Source of the DNA: an uncultured Myxococcales bacterium
GTDB lineage: Bacteria; Myxococcota; UBA4151
DNA: 34,962 nt
Direction: 5' to 3'
Assembly: GCA_964013405.1 (NCBI GenBank)
Contig: CAXGWI010000024.1
Location: 1-34,962 of the forward strand
The position numbers and the translations under genes are program-made. The notes beneath the pieces were generated by a model. The model saw only the letters and a program-made list of their open reading frames with translations. It had not been told where the DNA came from and ran no database searches. Position 1 is the stretch's first letter, and each line of letters opens with the position of its first letter. Positions 1-7,947 of the stretch are shown here, in pieces.

Positions 1-240
1 CAACACCGCCATCGTTCACGGGATCAACACCGCCATCGTTCACGGGATCAACACCGCCATCGTTCACGGGATCAACACCACCGTCATTCACGGGATCAAC
101 ACCACCGTCGGCCACAGGGTCTTCGCCACCGTCGTTCACGGGATCAACACCGCCGTCGTTCACGGGATCAACACCACCGTCGGCCACAGGGTCTTCGCCA
201 CCGTCGGCCACAGGGTCCTCACCACCGGCATCCACGGGTT
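1..240. repeat. 24-bp coding tandem repeat, about 10 units visible
   Basis: Units in register from position 1, e.g. caacaccgccatcgttcacgggat (x3 identical) and variants caacaccaccgtcggccacagggt, cttcgccaccgtcggccacagggt; no spacers. Confidence 0.95.
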
Positions 241-517
241 CCGGCCCAGCGTCCTCAGGATCCACCGCCCCGCCATCAGGTCGCCATTCCGACCCCACAT
301 CTTCCGCAGGGCCAGCATCGGCATCAAAACCCCCACCATCGACCGGTGCGGCACCACGCCGAACACAAAGGGATTGCTCACACACCAAGCCCTCAAAACA
401 GGTGTTGTTGGCGAAACAGGCCCCATTCTCCTGCCCGACAGCAGGCCCACTCACTGGCTGGGCGCCGGGGCAGGCCAAGAGCAAGGAGGCGCAGAGAGCA
501 ACAGAGAATGGACGCAT
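1..517 (-). CDS. Lipoprotein with small Cys-rich domain and acidic 8-aa tandem repeats (partial, runs off left edge; absent from ORF track)
   Basis: Manual translation from ATG at 517 (GGAG 6 nt upstream): MRPFSVALCASLLLAC (lipobox), CFANNTCFEGLVCEQSLC, then DGG(V/E)DPV(N/A) repeats; no stop before position 1. Confidence 0.85.
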   Translation of the reverse strand, partial: MRPFSVALCASLLLACPGAQPVSGPAVGQENGACFANNTCFEGLVCEQSLCVRRGAAPVDGGGFDADAGPAEDVGSEWRPDGGAVDPEDAGPEPVDAGGEDPVADGGEDPVADGGVDPVNDGGVDPVNDGGEDPVADGGVDPVNDGGVDPVNDGGVDPVNDGGVDPVNDGGV

Positions 518-570
518 AAGGGACTCCAACCAGCACCGTGTTTTAACACCGCTACGGAAGCGGAGCACGC

Positions 571-1614
571 CTAAAACGATCCGGTGGTCCCGAGCTCTCT
601 GAGGCGATCGTCCAACTCAGCGACCGTTCGAGCCAGCCCCGACCGCCCGGCCGTTCGCAGGGCAGCACGCAAGGCTGCTTCGCTGCTGCCAAGGTCCTGG
701 GCCGCCTCCGTTGCGTCGGCAAGCCAGAGCAAAAATCCAAGGGCGCTTAAACTTCCCACCGCCAGTTGATCATCGGCGACGGCAAAGCGGACCAAACGCT
801 CCCGGCTTTCGGTCCGGTCGCCTTCAGCCCAGGCGAGGGCTGCCTGCCCGGCCCAATGGCCGAGCAGGAGGGACTTTTGCCGGGCCCCCGAGAGCGTAGC
901 GATCGCTGTTTGGGCATCCTCCAGCCGGCCCCGGTCCAAATGCAGGAGTGCTGACCAAAGCTTGAACCGATCGCTGGTCACCTCTTGATCTGGAGATAGA
1001 GTGGAGCGGCCGCGCTCAAGGTGGCGGGAGGCTTCATCAGCCCGCTCGGCTCGAAAGTGACCGATCACCCCAAGGAGCTCGAGGCGTGGGAAAAGCCGCG
1101 GGGCCGGTAAGGCTCGCAGGAGTTCATCGGCCCGCCCCCAGGCCGACTTGAAAGGCTCGTCCTGCTCCAATCGCAACCAAGACTCCGTCGCCACCAGCCA
1201 GGCACAGGCCAAATACGTCGCATCACCGAGGTCTTCGGCTCGCTGCACCAAACGATTGGGCTTTGGACTCAAGTCTTGCCACCGCTGCAGTTCCATCTCG
1301 ACCCAAAAAGGCTGTGAACCCCCAGCGCCAAGGAGATGGCGTGGCAACTGGGAGCCCGCTAACAGACAGGCGCCGACATAGGCCTCATCCTGGGGCTGGA
1401 GCCCCTCTTCGAGCAGCTGCTGCGCCGCCTTGCGGCTGGACTTTGTATCCCCCTCAGCCCGGAGTAATCGGGCCTGGGCCAGGCGAAAGCTCGGGTCCGG
1501 ATCGACACCCACGTGCCCAGACCACTGGGTGAACAGCGAGCGCGCTTGGGCCTGTTCATCGATCAGTAGCGACCGATCGAAGCGAAGCGCGAGAATGGGG
1601 ACGATTTCAGCCAT
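571..1614 (-). CDS. Hypothetical helical, TPR-like protein
   Basis: 347 aa, Ala/Leu-rich helical repeat pattern; start overlaps the upstream kinase stop by 8 nt (ATGGCTGA). Confidence 0.7.
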   Translation of the reverse strand: MAEIVPILALRFDRSLLIDEQAQARSLFTQWSGHVGVDPDPSFRLAQARLLRAEGDTKSSRKAAQQLLEEGLQPQDEAYVGACLLAGSQLPRHLLGAGGSQPFWVEMELQRWQDLSPKPNRLVQRAEDLGDATYLACAWLVATESWLRLEQDEPFKSAWGRADELLRALPAPRLFPRLELLGVIGHFRAERADEASRHLERGRSTLSPDQEVTSDRFKLWSALLHLDRGRLEDAQTAIATLSGARQKSLLLGHWAGQAALAWAEGDRTESRERLVRFAVADDQLAVGSLSALGFLLWLADATEAAQDLGSSEAALRAALRTAGRSGLARTVAELDDRLRELGTTGSF

Positions 1615-4600
1615 CGCCCAGCAAAGACACGGCCTCGTCGATTTCCTGCACTCTGTCGTCCGCTCCCAGGCCCTGCCACTGTTGACGGGCCAAATCGAAG
1701 ATCTGACGAGCCCGGTCGTCCTGGGACTGGGCCCGGGTCAGGTGCCCGGCCAGCGTCAGGGGCTCTGCGATGTCTTTGTCCGTGACAGCGCCCGTTGCGA
1801 GCCGGGCTGAGGCTTCGGCAAGGTGGTGGTCGAGAGCGGACCAGTCCCCCGCAGCGGCGGCACAGGGAACAAGAACCGCATGAGTTGGACCCACCAGATC
1901 GTTCCGGCCGCTGGCCAATACTCGCTCCAAAGCCCGGTCCAAAGTGGCCCGGGCGGCAAGATAACGACCTGCCTCCAATTCGATGACCCCCTGGGTCAGC
2001 ATGGGAAAGACCTCGGCCGGATGATTCAGGCTGTGGTAGATCTGACTGGCTTGAGCGAGCGCACTGACAGCTTCGTCAACCCTTCCCAAATTTCCGAGGA
2101 CTCTTCCCCCACCGTTGAGTGCATCGGCTTCGCCCAGCGGCATCCCCGCTTCGGAAAAGCTTCGTCCGGCCCGGCGGAAATCCTGCAGGCTCGCTTCGCT
2201 GTTCCCAAGGGTTTTTAACACCCGCGCAGAAGCCAGGTACGAGCGAGCGATAACCCTTGGGTCTGTCTCGTTACCGATCGTTTGAATGAGTTCGTCCCGG
2301 AGTCCTTCAAGTTGATCCGTTTTGCCGACCCATTCTGCCCAACTGATTTCGTCGGTGAGGACCGCAAGGCGGTCGCTCGCCGTCGAAGCGATCGAGCGAG
2401 CGTTGCTCAATAGCTTGCCGGCCGCTTCCGGCTCACCTCGCACGCGATTCCATCGCGACGCCAAAATATGCCCCAGAAGGCTAATTTCAAGCTCGTCTGC
2501 CTCCATTGCTTGTGCTGAGTGTTCACCCAACTCATCAAAAGCCCGACGGTGAAATGCGAGCATACCAAGCAGGGCTTGCAACTGAAAGTAGAGAAGCGAC
2601 TTCGTAGGTAGGCACGCTATACATTCCTCAGCGTCCTGGCCCAGGGCCAAGGCCCGATCATACTCACCGAGGCGCATTCGATGCCGGGCAGCCACCAGAT
2701 AAGCTCGAGCAGCCCCTTCCACATCACCAGCTTCACGACGATGACCTGCCAGTCGAGCTGCTTCCACGCCGTGGTCCTCGCCAAAACGGCTGGCCAGCAT
2801 CCTTGCGATCGCTTGGTGCTGCCCTTGCCAGCGCCCACTCTGCCGACAACGGTCGAGCAGCAGTTGGTGAAGTTGCGCATCGGCAAACCGCATCACGAGG
2901 CCCCTCGCTCGAAAGGTCACCAGACCGGCCCGGTCGAGCCGGTCAAGGAACTCCTCCTGCCATGGGAGACCAGCTTCGGAGCCGGCCTGCATCAGTTCGT
3001 GAACCTCGGTTTCCTGGCCCAAGAGGGCTGCGAGTTCCAAAAACGGCAGCGCCTCGTTCAGCTGCTGACCCAAGACCTGTTCGAGGCGACGGGCCCAGAG
3101 CTGGATCATATTGTCCGGAAGGTCGAGTTCATCTCCCGGGGCCAGATGAAAGCCTTCGGGTCCGTCATGGAGGCGACCTTCCCCGGCGAGCTGCTCAACC
3201 AGGTGGACAGCGATGGATGGTCTGCCTCCCGAATGTCGGGCCAGGTTCGCACTCAGCGCGTCTGCGACCGGCAGGTGATCGCTGATCAATTGGGCTGTAT
3301 CCGGTAGGCTAAGGGGGCCGACCGGCAGCCTGTCAGCGGTCACTTTTTCTAGGAGGGAATGGCACAAAGTGCCTTCACTAACCGCAGAGGGTACCAAGGT
3401 CATGAGGACCAGTAGAGGGCATTCGATCTCGTCGGCTCTTTGATTGAGGTATTGCACCAACTGGAGCGAGTCTTCGCCCCATTGCACATCATCGATCCAA
3501 AGGATCAGTGGTCCCTGCAGAGCCATGGACTCTATCACCCGCAACAGCAGCCGTTCCCGCTCGCCTGGTGAGAGCACGGAGAGATCCTGGGATCCGGTGG
3601 TGTGCAGCCCCTCCTCGCCAACCAGCAAATGGGTCAAGGCCTTCAGGTCGCGGACCGTCAATGCCTCGCTGTCCAAGCGCCAAGCCAACTGTTCCCGTAA
3701 CGGACGGGGCGGCAACTCCTGGGCCATGCAGGCCCGCTCGATGGCCCCCTCCACCCCAGAGGCCGCTGTCAGTTGTTTACAATGGGAGACCCGCAGGCAC
3801 TGAGCCACGCCCAATTCAACGGCCCGGGTCCCCAGCCATTGGGCCAGTCTGCTTTTGCCCTGTCCCTGCTCGCCTTCCAAAATCAGAAACCGGGGCCGAC
3901 GGGACTCGGCCGTTTCCCGCAAAAGAGTCCATAGTCGGTCGCGCACGATGGCTCGATCCACGAACGGCGGCTCTCGTAGACCGAGCAGGGCGAGCCCTGC
4001 ACCGGCAAAAGAATGCCGATCGGACATCCACGGTCCGACCCGCCAAGTCGGGGGGACATCGATGGCTCGAAACTTCCAGTGATCTTCTTCTGCGGCGGGG
4101 ATCTCGGGGATCTCTACCTGCTCGTCCTGAAGCGTCACTGCCACCGTGACCGCCTGGGTCGGCTGGTCGGCCAGCGTGGGCTGCTGGGTATCGGCCAGGG
4201 GTTGGGCCACCGACAAGGTCTTCCGGGACAGGGAATCATCGGTAATATGATAACCTTCCAAGCCAAGACGTTGAACCGAAACAGGGTCTGGTTCGAGCAT
4301 CGCCCCTAAACCCAAGGACTGGAGCTCCTTTGCCGCTTGGGCCGCGTTGAGGAAACGCCCCCGGGGGTCCTTTGCGAGCAGCGTATTTAACCAGCCTTCC
4401 AAAGATGAAGGCACTTGAAATCCAGGCGCTAGCGGTGGCGGTGCGACCCGCAGGTGCGCCTGGGCCAATTGGCGAATCGTCTGCATTTGACCGAAAGGTG
4501 ACTCGCCCGTCACCAGCCGCCAGGCGAGACAACCCAATGCGTACAGGTCTGTCCATGGTCCGAAATGACGCCACTGCCCCTGAAACTGCTCGGGGGCCAT

Positions 4601-5158
4601 ATAGCGAGGCGTCCCCCTGATCCCTTCATCTCCACGACCGGTCGAGGTCTCGAAGGCCAAACCAAAATCGACGATACGCAGGTCCCAAGCCTCTTGCACC
4701 GGTCGAGCCAGCAGCAGATTATCCGGTTTCAGGTCTCGATGGAGAACACCTCGGGCATGGGCTGAGGACAGGCCACTGAGCAGCTGTTCCAGAATGACGA
4801 CCAACTCCCCCCAGTCCCGGGGACCCCGGTCCGCCAAGGAACCCCCACCGCACAATTCCATCGCCAACCAAGGGGCGCCGGCCTTCAGATCAGGGTGATC
4901 CCAGTCCTCGGGCAGCGTGCCGAAGTCGTAGATTTTGATGATGTGAGGATGATCCAGGGCAGCGACGGCTCGAACTTCCCGATAGAAGCTGTCGGCGTCT
5001 CCCTTACCGAGCCCATCCACATCGAGGACTTTGATCGCCACCCGAGCATCAGCCGTCCCGTGATGCCCCGTAAACACCCGGCCCATACCGCCCTTACCGA
5101 GCGGCTCCCCCAACTCAAACGGTCCGACTGCCCACCGTTGCGGTGAGTCGTCAGGCAA
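1607..5158 (-). CDS. Ser/Thr protein kinase fused to STAND-like (AAA_16) P-loop ATPase and C-terminal TPR region
   Basis: Kinase motifs GKGGMG, AIK, HRDLKPDN, DFG, GTPRYMAPEQ; Walker A GEQGQGKS; Walker B LILWIDDVQW; helical repeats after. Start placed at TTG 5158 (8-nt overlap with the peptidase end, GGAG upstream); ORF track extends to 5341. Confidence 0.9.
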   Translation of the reverse strand: MPDDSPQRWAVGPFELGEPLGKGGMGRVFTGHHGTADARVAIKVLDVDGLGKGDADSFYREVRAVAALDHPHIIKIYDFGTLPEDWDHPDLKAGAPWLAMELCGGGSLADRGPRDWGELVVILEQLLSGLSSAHARGVLHRDLKPDNLLLARPVQEAWDLRIVDFGLAFETSTGRGDEGIRGTPRYMAPEQFQGQWRHFGPWTDLYALGCLAWRLVTGESPFGQMQTIRQLAQAHLRVAPPPLAPGFQVPSSLEGWLNTLLAKDPRGRFLNAAQAAKELQSLGLGAMLEPDPVSVQRLGLEGYHITDDSLSRKTLSVAQPLADTQQPTLADQPTQAVTVAVTLQDEQVEIPEIPAAEEDHWKFRAIDVPPTWRVGPWMSDRHSFAGAGLALLGLREPPFVDRAIVRDRLWTLLRETAESRRPRFLILEGEQGQGKSRLAQWLGTRAVELGVAQCLRVSHCKQLTAASGVEGAIERACMAQELPPRPLREQLAWRLDSEALTVRDLKALTHLLVGEEGLHTTGSQDLSVLSPGERERLLLRVIESMALQGPLILWIDDVQWGEDSLQLVQYLNQRADEIECPLLVLMTLVPSAVSEGTLCHSLLEKVTADRLPVGPLSLPDTAQLISDHLPVADALSANLARHSGGRPSIAVHLVEQLAGEGRLHDGPEGFHLAPGDELDLPDNMIQLWARRLEQVLGQQLNEALPFLELAALLGQETEVHELMQAGSEAGLPWQEEFLDRLDRAGLVTFRARGLVMRFADAQLHQLLLDRCRQSGRWQGQHQAIARMLASRFGEDHGVEAARLAGHRREAGDVEGAARAYLVAARHRMRLGEYDRALALGQDAEECIACLPTKSLLYFQLQALLGMLAFHRRAFDELGEHSAQAMEADELEISLLGHILASRWNRVRGEPEAAGKLLSNARSIASTASDRLAVLTDEISWAEWVGKTDQLEGLRDELIQTIGNETDPRVIARSYLASARVLKTLGNSEASLQDFRRAGRSFSEAGMPLGEADALNGGGRVLGNLGRVDEAVSALAQASQIYHSLNHPAEVFPMLTQGVIELEAGRYLAARATLDRALERVLASGRNDLVGPTHAVLVPCAAAAGDWSALDHHLAEASARLATGAVTDKDIAEPLTLAGHLTRAQSQDDRARQIFDLARQQWQGLGADDRVQEIDEAVSLLGDG

Positions 5159-6839
5159 AAATGACAGTCTCCGCTTCCCGCACCACATCGGTGAGACAAC
5201 CGGCTTCAAAGGGTGAGCGGAGCCCAGCACTTCTGACCAGATCCTGGAACGGGGCTCGACCGCCACGCTTGCACAAGGCCAAGTAGCGTTCGAACGCGTC
5301 GCCCATATCCCGCCGAGAAGCGACCCAGAATTGCAACGCACAGGTCAGCGCCAGAGTATAGTCGATATAGTAAAAGGGCATGCCGTAAATATGCCCCTGC
5401 CGTTGCCAGTAGCCCCCCTTCGCCGGGTATTCTAATGTCCCATAGTCTCGCCAAGGCAGGTAGGTGCGCTCCATCTGCTGCCAGAGTTGGTGACGCTCCG
5501 CTGGTGTGGCATCCGGTTGTTCGTAAATCAGGTGCTGGAAATGATCGACTGCGACGCCATAGGGCAGGAAAGATAAGCTACCGGCCAAGTGAATCCGTCG
5601 GAAGGCATCTGCCTCATCACCAAAAAACAACTCCATGTGGGGCCAGGACAGGAATTCCAGGCTCATGGAGTGGACCTCGGCAGCCTCATAGGTGGGCCAC
5701 ACGTAGTCGGCCAACTCGGCATCCCGGCTACACCAGGACTGAAACGCATGCCCGGCTTCGTGGGTGAACACATTCACGTCGTGGTCGGTGCCGTTGAAGT
5801 TGGCGAAGATGAACGGGACATCGTAGTTGGGAAAGCTGGTACAAAAGCCGCCACCAGCCTTGCCGGGACGAGCGCTTAAGTCGAGGAGCCCACGCTCCAC
5901 CATCATCTTAAAGAAGGCATCGATCTCGGGATGCAGTTGAGCAAACATCGTTTTGGCCTGCTCCGTCATCCAGGCTTCTTCCCCGCGGGGGCGCGGATTG
6001 CCCTCGGGCCGGTAGGTTCCCTCATCCCAGGACATCAGCTTCTCGAGACCGAGCACCTCAGCCTGGCGGTCTTTAATCCGCTTCACCAAAGGCACGACCT
6101 CATCACGGACCTGAGCCCGGAAGCGCTGCACATCTTCCCGGTTGTAATCGACCCGATGCATGCGCTTGTAACCCAATTCCACGAAGTCGCTGAACCCCAA
6201 GGTCTTGGCCATCTTTGCCCGCAGGCTCACCTGTTCGTCGAAGATCTGGTCGAGGTTTTCGCCATTTTGCTCAAACCAATCCCAGAAGACCTGGTTCGCT
6301 TCCTGTCGTACCGCCCGGTCACCGTCCGCTAGATGGCGCCCGAGGCCGGGGAGGTTATATTCTTCGCCCCGGAAGGTGACCTTCGCCCCGGCTTTCAACT
6401 CAGTGTATTTGCTGTCCAGCTTCGCCTCGGCCACCGACGCTTCCACAATGCTCGGCGCAAAGGCATCGCGGTCCGCCTGCCACAAGTTGAAGGCGTGCTG
6501 GCCAAACCGCTGCTCCATCGCGGGCCGCTCAGGGCTCTCAAGGAGCAGGCGCTTAAACGCGACGTCGAGTTCTTCGAGCCGGGGCCGCAGTTCGTCGGCT
6601 CGATTCTGGGCTTCACGGTAGGCTTCGTTCTGGGTGTCCTGAGCGAAGTGAACGTGGGTGAGTGAGACCCATGTCTGAACGTCCTCACGGATTTCATTCC
6701 ACGTACGGATGACCTCCGAACGGGCCGCTGCGTCCGTCGCTGCATCCAGGGAGGCCCGAAGCGCCTCATACCGTTGTTTCAGCTCCTCGACATTGGGTTC
6801 CGAGGCCTGCATTTCACTGAATTTAACTGCGTCCATCAT
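5151..6839 (-). CDS. M3 family oligoendopeptidase (PepF-like, M3B)
   Basis: HEAGH zinc motif, downstream EAAEVHSMSLE, GKAGGGFCT, PFIFANFNG, HIYGMPFYYIDY; 562 aa. Confidence 0.92.
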   Translation of the reverse strand: MMDAVKFSEMQASEPNVEELKQRYEALRASLDAATDAAARSEVIRTWNEIREDVQTWVSLTHVHFAQDTQNEAYREAQNRADELRPRLEELDVAFKRLLLESPERPAMEQRFGQHAFNLWQADRDAFAPSIVEASVAEAKLDSKYTELKAGAKVTFRGEEYNLPGLGRHLADGDRAVRQEANQVFWDWFEQNGENLDQIFDEQVSLRAKMAKTLGFSDFVELGYKRMHRVDYNREDVQRFRAQVRDEVVPLVKRIKDRQAEVLGLEKLMSWDEGTYRPEGNPRPRGEEAWMTEQAKTMFAQLHPEIDAFFKMMVERGLLDLSARPGKAGGGFCTSFPNYDVPFIFANFNGTDHDVNVFTHEAGHAFQSWCSRDAELADYVWPTYEAAEVHSMSLEFLSWPHMELFFGDEADAFRRIHLAGSLSFLPYGVAVDHFQHLIYEQPDATPAERHQLWQQMERTYLPWRDYGTLEYPAKGGYWQRQGHIYGMPFYYIDYTLALTCALQFWVASRRDMGDAFERYLALCKRGGRAPFQDLVRSAGLRSPFEAGCLTDVVREAETVIFA

Positions 6840-6897
6840 TCACTCCAAGGGGAGCGAACTTTGGCGAAAAGATGCGTCTGGGACAAGCCCTGCGACG

Positions 6898-7896
6898 CTA
6901 AAAGTCGGCTTCGAGGCTTACCTCGCCGGTGACACCCATCTGATAAGCACTCACCCGCCGTTCAAAGAAGTTAGCCAACTCCTGGACGTCTTGCAGTTCC
7001 ATGAAGCTGAAGGGGTTCTGGCTATGGAACATGGGCTTCATGCCCAGGTTGCTTAGGCGCTGGTCGGCCACGTACTGCAAGTAGCTGCGCATATCCCCCG
7101 GAGAAAGGCCTGCGACTCCCTGGCTGAGAAGGTCTTCCGCGAAGGTCATCTCACAGTCCACCGCTTCTTGGAGCATCTCCTGAACTTCCGATTCAAAAGC
7201 CTCATCGATCAACCCGGGCTCCTCACGACGCACAATGTCGATGATTTCGAAAGCGAAACGCATGTGACCGCTCTCGTCCCGAAAGACCCAGTTCGTGCCC
7301 GTTGCCAGGCCCGGCAGGAGCCCCTTGGAACGCAAGAAGTAGACGTAAGCGAAGGCGGCGAAGAAGAAGAGGCCTTCGATGCAGCATGCGAAGCAGACCA
7401 AGTTCATCAAGAAGCGACGGCGGTGGTCCCGTGTCGTGAGTTCATCGAGCTCATCAATGCTGTCCATCCACTTAAAGCAGAAATCAGCCTTCTTCTTGAT
7501 GGAGGGAATGTTGTGAATTGCAGCGAAGGCAGCGGCCCGCTCATCATGATCGGGCACGTAACTGTCGAGCAGGGTCAGGTAGAACTGAACATGCAGTGCT
7601 TCTTCGTACAACTGTCGGCTCAGATACATCCGAGCCTCAGGGCTGTTGATGTGCTTGTACAGATTGAGCACTAAGTTGTTGGAGACGATCGTATCGCCGG
7701 TGGCGAAGAAGGCCACCAACCGGTTGAGCAGGTGGCGCTCAGACGGCGAGATCCGAGAACTGAGATCGGCCAAATCCCGGGCGAAGTCGACCTCTTCAAC
7801 CGTCCAAGTGTTCTTAATGGCATCTCGATACATCTCGTAGAGAGCCGGGTAGGCCATGGGGCGCAGGGTTAGATTCAGTCCGGGGTCGAGAATCAC
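6898..7896 (-). CDS. nrdB: Ribonucleotide reductase class Ia beta subunit
   Basis: Di-iron ligands FFATGD, EEALH, IEG, RDESGH; radical Tyr in HVQFY; C-terminal NFFERRVSAYQ; directly downstream of nrdA. Confidence 0.96.
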   Translation of the reverse strand: MILDPGLNLTLRPMAYPALYEMYRDAIKNTWTVEEVDFARDLADLSSRISPSERHLLNRLVAFFATGDTIVSNNLVLNLYKHINSPEARMYLSRQLYEEALHVQFYLTLLDSYVPDHDERAAAFAAIHNIPSIKKKADFCFKWMDSIDELDELTTRDHRRRFLMNLVCFACCIEGLFFFAAFAYVYFLRSKGLLPGLATGTNWVFRDESGHMRFAFEIIDIVRREEPGLIDEAFESEVQEMLQEAVDCEMTFAEDLLSQGVAGLSPGDMRSYLQYVADQRLSNLGMKPMFHSQNPFSFMELQDVQELANFFERRVSAYQMGVTGEVSLEADF

Positions 7897-7947
7897 CTTT
7901 ATGTCTCCGCAATCGGTGGGGTGGTCAGTGAAAAGGGGCAGTGATGA

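Noticed and set aside
1..240. Possible CRISPR array
   Set aside because: Units are contiguous 24-mers without unique spacers, keep an open reading frame, vary in a codon-like way, and no cas genes are present.
5159..5341. N-terminal extension of the kinase as given in the ORF track (likewise the upstream extensions of hemD, hemF, DUF790 and nrdA)
   Set aside because: These extensions overlap upstream genes deeply or lack an RBS; downstream starts with RBS or stop-start overlaps fit better.
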